From Azolla caroliniana (Eukaryota; Plantae; Polypodiophyta): a stretch of 64,000 nucleotides of DNA. Position numbers and translations under genes: made by a program. Every line of letters begins with the position of its first letter. Within the stretch, counting starts at the first letter, position 1. Positions 39,001 through 50,824 of this stretch are shown piece after piece. A model generated the notes under the pieces. That model ran no database searches. It was not told the DNA's origin and worked only from the letters and a program-made list of their open reading frames with translations. Location of the stretch: contig JBHGNT010000009.1 of NCBI GenBank assembly GCA_043228905.1, positions 15,004,001-15,068,000 of the forward strand, in the 5' to 3' direction.

Positions 39001-40763
39001 GATCAGTCCGATGAAGAGCCGGCGAGTAGTGGAGACTCGGTCGTGCATTCCCCGCGCAGGAAGCCTAGGAGACGGCTTACGCGCAAAGAGAAAGGGAAGA
39101 AGAAGGTGTCGGATTCCGACATAGATAGGAATGAGTCAGACCAACGCGAGTCCGACTCCGAGGGAAGCGGTGACAGGTCTTCAAGAGCGAAGTCCACGTC
39201 GGCCAAGAAGGCTAATGACCAATTACGCCGATCTACTAGCCAGAAGAACCCAGTTGTGCGGTTCGGATACAACAAGTACATGGCGCATCATTATGCGTAC
39301 ATGACCCGTGTAGCGGAAGTGCATGAGCCGGAGAGTTACGTAGAAGCGGCTAAGGACGCGAATTGGCACGCCGCGATGGAGGAAGAGATGCACGCATTGG
39401 CGGAAAACGAGACCTGGGACCTAGTTGAGGCACCGAAGGGTGTGAAGCCGATCGGATGTAGGTGGGTGTACAAGGTCAAGTACAACACCGACGGCTCGGT
39501 CAACCGATACAAGGCCCGATTAGTGGCAAAAGGCTACGTGCAGAAACACGACATCGACTACGATGAGACGTTTGCGCCGGTCGCGAAGATGACGATTGTC
39601 CATGTTTTGCTCGCGGTAGCTGCGGGAAAGAGGTGGCACTTACATCCGATGGATGTAAAGAATGCGTTCCTGCAAGGTGAGCTTGAGGAACAGGTGTACA
39701 TGGTACAACCCCCCGGATTTCACTCCGGAACGAACACGTCGGTAGTGTGCCGATTGAAGAAGTCCCTTTATGGAGTAAAGCAAGCCCCGCGTGCCTGGAA
39801 TGCGAAGATCACGCAACAATTGCGTCGGATGGGCTTTGCGACGTCGAAATCGGACTCCTCACTGTTCATCCGAAAAGGTCGACTCGTGCCGGTTAGTATT
39901 CTACTTTATGTTGATCACTTGGTCATCACCGGCGCCGACCTAAGTGAAATCAACCGCGTGAAGCTCCAGCTTACGGCATCATTTGACATGAAGGATCTGG
40001 GAGACCTTCATTACTTCTTCGGGATCGAAGTGATCCGTACCCCCGAAGGCATATTGATCAGCCAACGCCATTACGCTGTCGTGCCTTTCGGCTCCGGATC
40101 GTTGCGTGAGTCGGGTGGGAACCACCGAGGTTTTGGACTAGGAGAAAGAAGAATATGAGATGAGGCTAGTAATGAATAGATTATTAGAAAGATATATAGA
40201 AACTTGTGAATCCCACAAGTATAATTGTTTTAGTTTATCTAAATCGTAGTAATAAATTGAAATAATTTAGAATAGATTAGAGTAGATTGAGAAAAGAGAT
40301 CAAACCTTGTGAATCCCACAAGTATTACATTAATCAATATTTATGTAAGAATATGAATTTAGATTGAAAGAGATAGATTATCTTAAACTTCGTGAATCCC
40401 ACGAGTATATTTTATTAATTGGTGTTTTAGGAAATATATCCAATTTCCCAAATATTTTTCACACACCTATTACATTGTGCTCCCCATCCTTATGTAGTGA
40501 TGGGAGAGACTAAGCATAGCTACATGCTTTTTTTTCTAATATGTTCATGCACACTAAATGTGCATGTGATGCTTTTCTAATCCTTGCTTTTATTTGCTAA
40601 ATATAGTGCTCATGCACGCTAGATGTGCATGAGTCACTTTTTAGTTGCTTGCGTTTTTCTATAAAATATTCACGCACTCTAAAAATACATGATTTACCTT
40701 TTTAATAAAGGTAGGCGCAAATAAAGCAATTATAGTTATTAAATCTATTTATAGAACACTAAA

Positions 40764-40833
40764 GATAAGGTAGCATAATGGTAAAGTTGAGGTTTGGTTA
40801 TGTGGAGGTACAAGGTTCGAATCTTGCCCTATG
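40764..40833 (+). promoter_or_regulatory. tRNA-like A-box/B-box module in the LTR, antisense to the element (copy near 43220-43289)
   Basis: TAGCATAATGG at 40771 and GGTTCGAATC at 40814, with tRNA-like spacing and partial acceptor and T stems. Confidence 0.55.
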
Positions 40834-40889
40834 CACGTGATAAATATCTTGATATTCTTATTTTATTTATTTATATGTAATTAAATCGG

Positions 40890-42494
40890 TTATATTATTT
40901 TTACTTTTTCACGTAGTGTACGAAATACACTACGACACTCGCCCCCTCCGAACCCGCACATCCTCCGGTATGTGCCGAAGTTGCCGATGCTCGTTGTCTC
41001 CCCTTCATCCTCCGTTTGTCCCGCTATGTCAACTTTGTCTCTCCATTTTGAGTAGACCCATTCTTTCCACCCGAACCATTGTCGCCATCCGATCCACCAT
41101 ATTCTTTGTTCATTCTTTGCATTGCCATGAGTGGTTGTCATGGTCCCTTGTGGTACTCTTGAGCATCTCGGTGTGTTGTCTCTCTCCACTCCGCGCTTGT
41201 CTTCCGTAGGTTCTACCCACGCGTCGATGTCGACCTCCGAATACGCGCTCGCTGTTAGGTCCTTGTGCGGCTTTAATGCATGCTTTATTTCTCGATGTTG
41301 CGCATGCGTCGTATTAGGCCGTAGCGCATGCTTCGTATTCCATCGTAGTGCATGCGCCGTATTACCCCGTAGTGCATGCTTCTTTTTGCACCGTAGCGCG
41401 TGCTTCTTTTTACGCCGTAGCACGTGCTTCTTTTGGTGCCGTAGTGCGTGCTCCGTATTACATGCTTCTCCCATTGTAGACCCGACCTTCGCGTTGTCAT
41501 GCTTTTCTTTACATCGGAATTTCAGACGGATCATCTTCCATCCGAACCGGCTTCCGACTTTACCTTCCTTGCTGCCACCTCCCGTCTCTCCGGTCTCACG
41601 TTGGTTCTCGGACACAACCGCCGAAGTCTCTAGAATTAGTGGGTAGGAATCCTCGGTATTATCATCTTCCGTTGTTTCACCCATAGCCATGTTCTCCTTG
41701 GCTATCTCTCCTTCGTATGCATCGGCTTCGACCTTCGTTTCGTTGCCGCCACTTTCCTTATCTTCGGTGTTATGTCGACACCCAGGCTCCAGTACCGAAG
41801 TCTCCGAAACAATGGTGAAGGAATCCCTTCGTTCGTGCTCATTTACTTTGTCTTCCTCGTTGCCCTTCCGGTCCTCCACTTTTCCGCCGACACATTCCGT
41901 CTCTCCGGTCTCACGTTGGTGCACAGGCACAACCGCCAAAGTCTCTGGAACCGGTGTGGGGATACCCTTTCGTCCTCGATCTTCCTCCTCCTCGTCCTTT
42001 GTTGGCCTCGACTTTGGTTCGGTTTTAAGCTCCCCTTCAATGTCGACTTGCGACTTTTCATGCATCTCCGAACCCTTCCGCATCAAGCTCTCCTTCGGTG
42101 GTAGTCGGTGGCCGCTTTTCACCCACTGTTGACCGCCGTTCGTGGACCATGTCCTCGTCCGCTTCGGTCTTAGATAGTCATATGTGTCTCGTATAGCTTC
42201 TTCAAAGGACTCCCACATCGGGCTTTGTTGCCGTATCTCGTGGATTCTCTCTTGAAGCTCATCCATAGCCACCCGGTTGAAAGATAACACTTGCAATCTT
42301 TCTGAGATACCATATCGCAACATCTCCATTTTGTAGTCACGTAGATAGCGTGACACGTCCTTTCCATCGAATTGCCCGTTCTGTTGCACGAGCCGTTGTA
42401 CTACTGTCGTGATCTCCGACATCTCGCGTTGTTCTTGTAGCATTCTCTCGAACATCATCATCATCATGTTCATCGCCTCTTGTTGATTCTCCAT
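40890..42494 (-). CDS. Gag-like protein with acidic and basic/His repeat regions (likely ATG at 42494)
   Basis: Open across the whole internal region; GQFDGKDVSRYLRDY is gag-like; 8 copies of HALRxxxx; the stop lies inside the 3' LTR. Confidence 0.75.
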   Translation of the reverse strand: MENQQEAMNMMMMMFERMLQEQREMSEITTVVQRLVQQNGQFDGKDVSRYLRDYKMEMLRYGISERLQVLSFNRVAMDELQERIHEIRQQSPMWESFEEAIRDTYDYLRPKRTRTWSTNGGQQWVKSGHRLPPKESLMRKGSEMHEKSQVDIEGELKTEPKSRPTKDEEEEDRGRKGIPTPVPETLAVVPVHQRETGETECVGGKVEDRKGNEEDKVNEHERRDSFTIVSETSVLEPGCRHNTEDKESGGNETKVEADAYEGEIAKENMAMGETTEDDNTEDSYPLILETSAVVSENQRETGETGGGSKEGKVGSRFGWKMIRLKFRCKEKHDNAKVGSTMGEACNTEHALRHQKKHVLRRKKKHALRCKKKHALRGNTAHALRWNTKHALRPNTTHAQHREIKHALKPHKDLTASAYSEVDIDAWVEPTEDKRGVERDNTPRCSRVPQGTMTTTHGNAKNEQRIWWIGWRQWFGWKEWVYSKWRDKVDIAGQTEDEGETTSIGNFGTYRRMCGFGGGECRSVFRTLREKVKII

Positions 42495-42510
42495 CTCCTT
42501 GCCACCCGCC

Positions 42511-42528
42511 TTCACGTCGGCTTCACCA
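42511..42528 (-). other. Primer-binding site, probably tRNA-Trp
   Basis: TTCACGTCGGCTTCACCA, 4 nt from the 5' LTR, matches the eukaryotic tRNA-Trp 3' end as I recall it (TTCACGTCGGGTTCACCA) at 17 of 18 positions. Confidence 0.75.
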
Positions 42529-45356
42529 ACTGTGTCGTGCCTTTCGGCTCCGGATCGTTGCGTGAGTCGGGTGGGAACCACCGAGGTTTTGGACTAGGAG
42601 AAAGAAGAATATGAGATGAGGCTAGTAATGAATAGATTATTAGAAAGATATATAGAAACTTGTGAATCCCACAAGTATAATTGTTTTAGTTTATCTAAAT
42701 CGTAGTAATAAATTGAAATAATTTAGAATAGATTAGAGTAGATTGAGAAAAGAGATCAAACCTTGTGAATCCCACAAGTATTACATTAATCAATATTTAT
42801 GTAAGAATATGAATTTAGATTGAAAGAGATAGATTATCTTAAACTTCGTGAATCCCACGAGTATATTTTATTAATTGGTGTTTTAGGAAATATATCCAAT
42901 TTCCCAAATATTTTTCACACACCTATTACATTGTGCTCCCCATCCTTATGTAGTGATGGGAGAGACTAAGCATAGCTACATGCTTTTTTTTCTAATATGT
43001 TCATGCACACTAAATGTGCATGTGATGCTTTTCTAATCCTTGCTTTTATTTGCTAAATATAGTGCTCATGCACGCTAGATGTGCATGAGTCACTTTTTAG
43101 TTGCTTGCGTTTTTCTATAAAATATTCACGCACTCTAAAAATACATGATTTACCTTTTTAATAAAGGTAGGCGCAAATAAAGCAATTATAGTTATTAAAT
43201 CTATTTATAGAACACTAAAGATAAGGTAGCATAATGGTAAAGTTGAGGTTTGGTTACGTGGAGGTACAAGGTTCGAATCTTGCCCTATGCACGTGATAAA
43301 TATCTTGATATTCTTATTTTATTTATTTATATGTAATTAAATCGGTTATATTATTTTTACTTTTTCACGTAGTGTACGAAATACACTACGACAACGCGCT
43401 GAATATGCTCTTCAAATTCGGGATGGCAGACTGTAAGTCCGTCTTGACTCCTCTGGATAGAACCATCAAGCTTCGCCCCGAGTCCGGAAAGATATGCGAC
43501 TCGATGAGGTTCCGACAGATAGTCGGCAGCCTTATATACTTGACCATCACCCGACCAGATCTCAGCTACCCGGTCAGGGTGATTAGTCAGTTCATGGCGC
43601 GGCCTACCGAGGAGCACCTTCAATATGCGCAACGCGTACTGCGGTACGTAAGCGGCACTAAGGACCGGGGACTGCTATATCGGACCGGTACAACCTCGCA
43701 GTTGGTCGGCTACACTGATGCTGATTGGGCTGGCAACGCCGCCGATCGCCGATCCACGTCCGGATACACATTCTCTCTTGGGAGTGCCGCGATAGCGTGG
43801 AGTAGTAAGAAGTAGCCGATAGTTGTATTGTCGAGCACCGAAGCTGAGTATAGAGGAGCGGCTGTTGCGACATGCGAAGCCATATGGTTGAAGTGGCTAC
43901 TTAAGGACCTGCAAGAGGAGGTGTCCGATCTGACGACAATCTACTACGACAACCTCAGCAGCATCCAGCTCGCAAAGAACCCCGTTTTCCACGCACGGAC
44001 CAAGCACATTGAGGTGCACTACCATTTTATCCGTGAGCGTGTCCTTTCTGGTGAAGTCGAACTTCAGTATGTTTCGACAAATCGGCAAACTGCCGACATC
44101 TTCACCAAGCCCCTTGGTCTGGACAAGTTGCGGCAATTCTCAAGTGCGCTTTGGTTGCGTCACCTCGACGTGCCGAACTTGAGGGGGAGAGACATCCCGA
44201 ATGACCATGGAAGGAATCCGGAAAGGAGCGGAGAAGACCGCGACGCCGAGTCGGATGTCGAATTCGACTTCGGATCGGCTGAAGAAGCCGAGGGTGGATC
44301 CGCGGAAGAATCCCAAAGCGGACATAAGGGGAGCAGCCGAAAGGAAGAGCCGAAGTCAACCAAGCATGGGGGAGATGACGCAGTCAAGGGTGGGAAGACC
44401 AAAGACGAGTTGGAGACAGCCAACTCGGACGAGAGCGAAAATCGATCGGAGGTAGCCGAGTCAGTTTAGATGTTTGATTCGGATGCACTGAATCAACCAA
44501 GGACCAATCAGAGAAGAAGGCAGCAGGAGAAGCACCAACACCGCGACAACAAGGGAGTTGTGAAGGGCCGTGGGAGCAGACAAGCCGACCGGAAGGGTCG
44601 AAGCGCGCAGAGTCGAACAGGCCGAGGAGCGTGAGTGAGGCGTGGAGCCAGGAGAAGCCGGAGCGTAGATCCGACGGAGCAGGCGGAACCTCAAGTTGAG
44701 CTTGAGGGGGAGTGTTGAGAGACAAGCTCAACATTTGTGCGTAATACGATGCGTAACCAATGCGTAGACTGGGTGCGTAAAATCGGTACGCATAACATGA
44801 TCGTAGCGGTGCGTAAACCGCGAGGCCGATTGAAAGATATTCCTCGTAAGGAATAGTTTTGGGAGTGAGTGTCGAGGCTCATTTATGAGCAGTAAAGTAC
44901 TGTCAGTACTTGTGTCAACCCGATTGTCAGGGCTTGTATAAAAGGTGCTCACTGAGCACGATGTATGTACAGATCGAGTATTGTTTTTGAATTAAGTTCT
45001 TGTGTTTACTCTCTCTCTCTCTCTCCCGTGCATACTGTGCAAACCTAAGCTTTCCATTAAACTTGCGTTTTCGGTTGTTCGGTTTTCCTATATTGCTTCC
45101 GCACACCATTCTTTTCAACAGGCAAGGGGCAACAGGCGACGTCAGCAGCAGACGTGAGCAGATGGCAACCGACGACAGCAGATGGCACAACAAAACAACA
45201 GACAGAGGCGGCGTCAATAGAACAACAGAACCGCACGATAGTACGTGGAGAGATGAGCAAGACAGTACAGAGAGAGAGAGACCAAAGCAGAATATCACAC
45301 AACACTACTTCACCACATTCAAATTATACAACTCTGATACTTCTAACAACCTTGCC

Positions 45357-45425
<69 letters not shown>

Positions 45426-45426
45426 T
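45357..45426. repeat. Compound (CT)n(AT)n(GTAT)n microsatellite
   Basis: Read directly. Confidence 0.95.
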
Positions 45427-48227
45427 TTACAAATATAGCCATGCATGGGCTTCAACTGGCTTGCCTTTGGTCGGATCGACCGAGTTGGCTCGCCTTTGGT
45501 CGGATTGACCAACTTTGGCCATAGTGATCACTCAGTTGGTTCAGGTTGTAAGCTCCCTACCGGCCATCAAGCTCCCCGGTCCGAGCATGTACCCAAAGAC
45601 TTGTGCTCATTCTTCACCCATTGAGTGATGATGGCTTGTAGTTCCTACTACATATGTTGGGAAGTTGCTTTGGTTCTTTTTTGGGTAGTGGCAAACTTTG
45701 CTAGTTAGTGCTTAGACGACTTACATAAGTTAATCAATTGCATTGAAATGACCAACAACACGTTTTTAAAGCTTTCATTTTGGTTTATTAAGTCAGCGTT
45801 GCATATCAAACTTCCAATGGGGCAATGGTTGCACTTGTTGTTGATCTTCTATAGTTGACCCGGTCAATTATAGAAAATCAGCTTCTCTAGCTTACTTTAG
45901 AGTCTCGTGACTACCTCTACAACTTCTTTGAATCCTAGGTTCACCTTCAATGGGTTCAAGGGTGTGTGTTGTTGGAGCAATGTCATTCCCATAACCATAA
46001 TTGTTTCGTCAGTTGTGGGAGTGGTGTGATTAACAACCTGTTGAGCAACCAAAGTTGGAGTAGTACTCCATCATCCCTACATCTTATGTAGTTGTTCGAG
46101 GGGCCCTTCATCTATAAGCTCCTGCAATGAGTGGTTTGATGTCCTCTCCATCTTCATGTACTACAACCATCCATTGAGGTGTGACAATGGTTGAGGTTGC
46201 ACTCATGAAACTATCCTCTAGAAGCATGATTTGTAGGATGTTCATTGGTTCGCATGTGTGTGGTCATTAACTCGAGTGGGGCGACAATTCGTCAATGAGT
46301 GGGGCCACTTGACGATCATGTTAAGGGTCTTGTTGTTGTTTTAACTATGTTTTCGCTTGAAGCACACACCATGTTGTGGATAACTGCTAAATTGGTGCTA
46401 GTGCTCAACTCCCAAGGCCAAACATTCAAAACATTGGATTGAGGTGGACGAGCTCCATGACATACAATGTACTCTTGGAATTCACGAGTTTTGTCAAGAG
46501 TTGAAACCCATTCCACTTGAAGACGAGCCTCTTAATCCCGATGGTTTCTTCTTTTGCAATGGACATTGATTGGTTGGATGCTTGAGTTGGCCAGTGTGCA
46601 CCAAAGAGAAGAATTCCCATTTTGATATCCACGCTAGTTGAACCATACTAGTTTAGTCATCCACATAGCACACATTAAACAAGCACTCTTGACTATGATC
46701 ATAGAGTGGAGGTAGAGGATCAATGTGAAATTTGGCGCATAAATACTGCATCAAAAATCAAACAAAGTTTAAATAGGAATGTGATTGTTTCTTCCACTTA
46801 CGCACGCTTGTATACAACAATTGTGCCAATCTAACTCATGTGGATTTTTCGCCCATTAGATGATCTTTTGGTTTATCCGTCCCACATTATGAATCATTGC
46901 CATCTCTTTGACTTGGGTAATGGGGCAATAGGTATTGTGTAGGTAATGAGGGATCTCTAGAAGTTGCCACACATTATTGCCTCTACTTGGTGGGTGCTTG
47001 ATGTCTCACATTCTTCTCATTCTTGTGTGCATGTTCATTATTTTATTGCTAACCTACTTCATGGTATACAAAGATCAATGTTGATAGTTAGGATGACAAG
47101 CTCTATTATTTCCTAACTTCACTAGTCCACATGCCATTGTGATTCACACTCTCCTAGATCCATTTTCCTCATGCTTGTCATATGAGCCCACATACCCACA
47201 TCAAGCATTGTTTTATGTTTTAGTTCACACATGTATGCTAAGTTGTTTGCCATGCTTCCTTATATGGTGGGATTACCAAAATGTTTTGTCCTTGGGGTTT
47301 GAACTCACTAGAAAAGGTTATCGATTGAAGGTGGTGGTTGGTCAAGGACTTTCATAGCTAATCACATAGCATGATATCTACACAAGGTCTATCTTCTCTA
47401 CACAGTGCACTAGGATGAAGCTACGTAGAGTGGGATGCCTACATGAGTGTTCTCACACATGGTAGGTCATATATCACTAAACTCCTGGCTTTTTCATTAT
47501 ACAATTATGCAATAGGAACTACTTCAATTGTTACAATGTGTGTTTTCTCTCCTATCATACTTTAGGCTTCACACCTAATTCACTCTCAATCATCACTTCT
47601 AATTCACTATGCCTACACCCTCCTCTTTCCTTCTTTCCTTCTCTTTCTTGATCTTGCCTTGTTGGTCCTCTTTATTCTCTCACGCAAGCCTCCCACGAAT
47701 GTAATGTGAATGAGTGCTCAATGTTATTGCTTTCTATCAATTGACATGTTTTGTACACTAACTCCTTTGAATTCTCTAGGTAAAGATGTTGATAAATGGT
47801 TATCCTAAAGTCCAATTGACCTCAAGACTGCATGCATCCACTGAAAGTCATGCAGTCATGTAGTAAAATGGTTTAATTTCAAGATCAAAGCGCAACCCAA
47901 AGCTACTAGAAAAAAAGGGTGTTTAAAGCAGTGGTAAATATGCAAAAATAAAGAATCATATGTTACAAACGGAGAGTATTCTCATTTTCTCACATCTCAT
48001 GAGATATATATACACTTGCTGTAGAGTCAAATAAAGATCCAAATGCACATGATACACAGTTTCTATAATTCCAACAGGTCATAACCTACAGTTTCCCAAT
48101 TGACAGCATATTTTACCCTAATTGTATCCATTCATCACTTCAACCCAAATATCCAGTCTAAATGGTCAAAGATTTCATTGCCTTATGCTAGTGATGAGTT
48201 CCACACAGAGCATCTAAGGAGTTTGCG

Positions 48228-50735
48228 TCACAAATATTGATCATCACAAATACATCTACCATGCTCAAAAATGTGAACACGGTTTCCATCACTCACTTGA
48301 ATCCAGCGCTTCTCTATTGTTGATATAAGTGACATGGAAGAATGACAATCATCACATATTCGGATATTCTTTGTAATACGAATCGGCACACCTTTGGGTG
48401 TATTAACCAGGGCACAAGCAATAGCAAGCTTCTCACTACAGCCACACAAAACATCTTCATTTCCTTTGTTCTCTGAAAGGGGTTGTGATACCCAGTGCAA
48501 ACTCGGTGAATACCCAGCCTGTAATAGTTTTCGATGGATTTCTTCTAGTTTCTTGTATATGTGCATACTCTGTGGATGGTTGTGATCAGCCACGAGAAAT
48601 GAATGCACCTTCTGAGTATTAGCATCAGTCCACCAACAACGTCCAGGTCTTTTCCATGCTCCATTTTTCAATCTCAAAGCTTCAATTCTGCCCGCCTCTT
48701 GTTGCATTCCTGCAGCAATATATATATTTTCCATGCAAATATATGCAACGCTACATTGCAAATCCAACTCCAGAGATTGTTCAAATGCCCATCTCCCGAT
48801 ATTCACATTCCTCCATTTGTGGCAAGCACCCAATATACCCAAGAATAATGGTAGGCAATCTGAAAATGGCACCTTCTCAAGTAGGGCTTTTGCCTTGTCA
48901 AAGTGTCCGGCACGGCCAAATATATCGATCATACATGCATAATGTCCTAGTGTAGGAGTAAGGTGATAACCCGCACACATTTCATCAAACAACTTCTCTG
49001 CAGCTTCCACTTCTCCTGCGTGGCTACATGCCGTTAGCAGGACAATGAACGTAACAGAATTTGGCACAATAGCTTCTCTCCTCATTTCTGTGTATAAATT
49101 TTTTACCACATTAGCCTGACCCACTTGGGCATATCCAGAAATCAAGGCAGTCCATGACACAACATTCCGTATCGGAAGCAGCTTGAACACTTCCAATGCT
49201 TTCTCCAAATCCCCACATTTGGAATACATGTCCACTATGGCAGTGCCAAGCACAACATCTTTATGCAATAGCCCTTGTCTTCTGGACTCGGCATCTATAT
49301 CTTCCCCAATCTCCAAAGATCCAACAATGCCACAAGCTTTCAGGACACAAATGTAAGTGACTGCATTTGGACAAACCCCAACATCTTCCATCTTTCTCAG
49401 GCATTCTAATGCTTGATCAGCAAGCCCATTTTGGACATATGCACTAATTAAGGCATTCCAAGATACAACATCCCACTTTGGAATCTCTTCAAATACTTCT
49501 TGTGCTTTTTCTAATGCACCACACTTGGAATACATGTCCACCAATGCAGTGCCTAGCACCACATTTTTTCGCAACAATCCCCGCTTTCTGATCTCAGCAT
49601 CAATATCTTTACCAATTTCTAACAATCCTAGAATACTGCAAGTTTTCAAAATGCACACAAAAGTTATCACATCTGGGTAGACACCCACATCTTGCATCCG
49701 TCTGAACAATTTCAAAGCTTCATGACCAAACCCATGTTGAGCATATCCATCAATCAAGACATTCCATGAAACAACATCCTGTTTCGGAAGAATATGCTCA
49801 AATACTTCTCTAGCTTTATCAAGTGCACCACACTTGGCATACATGGCCACTAACGAATTTCCCAGCACAATATTTTTCAGACATAGCCCTTGTTTTCTAA
49901 CCTCCACATCGATTTCCTCCCCAATCTCTAACGATCTAGTCATACCACAAGCTTTCAAGATGGAGATATAAGTGATGGCATTTGGATAGACTCCAGTGTC
50001 TTGCATTTGCCTAAAGCATTTTAAGGCTTCCTCTCCATGCCCATGTTGAGTGTACCCACTGATTAAAGAAGTCCATGATACTACATTCCGAGCTGGAAGA
50101 TGTTCGAATGCATCTCGTGCTTTCTCGAATGCACCACATTTCGAATACATATCCACCAGTGCAGTGCCAAGCACGACATCTCTCTGCAATAAACCTTGCT
50201 TTCTTATCGTGGAATCAATATCTTCCCCAACATGCAAAAACCCAACCATGCCGCAAGCTTTCAGAATGCATGTAAAAGTAATGGGGTTGGGCTGGATTTC
50301 CTCGTCTTGCATTTGTTCAAAGCATTTTATGGCTTCATGGGCGAGGCCATGCTGAACATAGCCACTGATAAGGGCATTCCAAGAGACCACATCTCGAGAC
50401 TGGATCTGATCAAACACTTCTCGTGCATTACTTAGTTCGTTACATCTGGCATATGTGGTAAGCAGTGCAGTTGCAACGTGAACATCTTTAGGAATCCACT
50501 CTTTCTTTACAATATCATCATGTATACGTCTAGCTTTCCATAAGTCCTTCTCTTTTCCACACTCCTTTATGAGGTTCAGAAGAGTGGTTCGATCAAGATC
50601 ATAGTCATTGGCAACAACAACACACGAATTCATACTTCTCCGTTTGTTTTTTATGTAAGGTGGGCTGTTCCATCCCTCGACCCATACGGCTTGCCCTGTT
50701 TGTTTGTGTCTGAAATCAGAGGAACTTGGGCCTCT
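48228..50735 (-). CDS. Main exon of a PLS-class PPR protein with E1/E2 and a DYW:WW-type deaminase domain (organellar RNA-editing-factor family)
   Basis: 801-aa ORF with about five P-L-S triplets (VVSWNALI.GY), HYACMIDIFGRAG, KRPGRCWW, HPQS, CSEKLA, KNIRICDDCH and CIC. The frame stays open 34 codons upstream of ATG 50633 to a splice acceptor. Confidence 0.95.
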   Translation of the reverse strand, partial: RGPSSSDFRHKQTGQAVWVEGWNSPPYIKNKRRSMNSCVVVANDYDLDRTTLLNLIKECGKEKDLWKARRIHDDIVKKEWIPKDVHVATALLTTYARCNELSNAREVFDQIQSRDVVSWNALISGYVQHGLAHEAIKCFEQMQDEEIQPNPITFTCILKACGMVGFLHVGEDIDSTIRKQGLLQRDVVLGTALVDMYSKCGAFEKARDAFEHLPARNVVSWTSLISGYTQHGHGEEALKCFRQMQDTGVYPNAITYISILKACGMTRSLEIGEEIDVEVRKQGLCLKNIVLGNSLVAMYAKCGALDKAREVFEHILPKQDVVSWNVLIDGYAQHGFGHEALKLFRRMQDVGVYPDVITFVCILKTCSILGLLEIGKDIDAEIRKRGLLRKNVVLGTALVDMYSKCGALEKAQEVFEEIPKWDVVSWNALISAYVQNGLADQALECLRKMEDVGVCPNAVTYICVLKACGIVGSLEIGEDIDAESRRQGLLHKDVVLGTAIVDMYSKCGDLEKALEVFKLLPIRNVVSWTALISGYAQVGQANVVKNLYTEMRREAIVPNSVTFIVLLTACSHAGEVEAAEKLFDEMCAGYHLTPTLGHYACMIDIFGRAGHFDKAKALLEKVPFSDCLPLFLGILGACHKWRNVNIGRWAFEQSLELDLQCSVAYICMENIYIAAGMQQEAGRIEALRLKNGAWKRPGRCWWTDANTQKVHSFLVADHNHPQSMHIYKKLEEIHRKLLQAGYSPSLHWVSQPLSENKGNEDVLCGCSEKLAIACALVNTPKGVPIRITKNIRICDDCHSSMSLISTIEKRWIQVSDGNRVHIFEHGRCICDDQYL

Positions 50736-50824
50736 CTATGGAAGTATGAAGAAAAGACGCAAGCATGAGAGCACATAACAAAGAGAGATTAATTGCAGAG
50801 AATCGGCAATGCTTTCTTTTTTAC
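50736..50824 (-). other. Predicted 89-nt phase-0 spliceosomal intron
   Basis: AAG|GTAAAA ... TCTTTTCTTCATACTTCCATAG|AGA; removing it joins two halves of one recognisable motif in frame. Confidence 0.85.

Larger units (their letters stand above)
40077..43393 (-). mobile_element. Young non-autonomous gag-only LTR element (TR-GAG-like)
   Basis: 861-bp LTRs at 40077-40937 and 42533-43393 (one difference seen); TGTCG...CGACA ends; 4-bp TSD ACGC restores the host codons H-Y-A-L-N-M; PPT next to 40937; no pol. Confidence 0.95.
36092..45117 (+). mobile_element. Copia B, full-length but decayed, with an extended region after RNase H; split by the element at 40077
   Basis: LTRs 36092-36498 and 44713-45117; PBS-iMet at 36499; PPT 44701-44712; WYVDSGASNHM, IHSDVWGP, YVDH (decayed YVDD), ADIFTKPL. 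TSD degenerate (ATAGA/ACAGG). Confidence 0.92.

Noticed and set aside
40764-40833. Functional tRNA gene (also 55890-55959)
   Set aside because: D and anticodon stems do not pair convincingly, so it is reported only as a tRNA-like promoter module.
45118-47900. Probable ancient retroelement remnants
   Set aside because: No recognisable domain motifs or boundaries, so it cannot be classified by eye.
48228-48660. Possible U-to-C (DYW:KP) editing factor
   Set aside because: The domain keeps a PG box with WW and an SE (not AE) active-site motif, which fits DYW:WW rather than KP.
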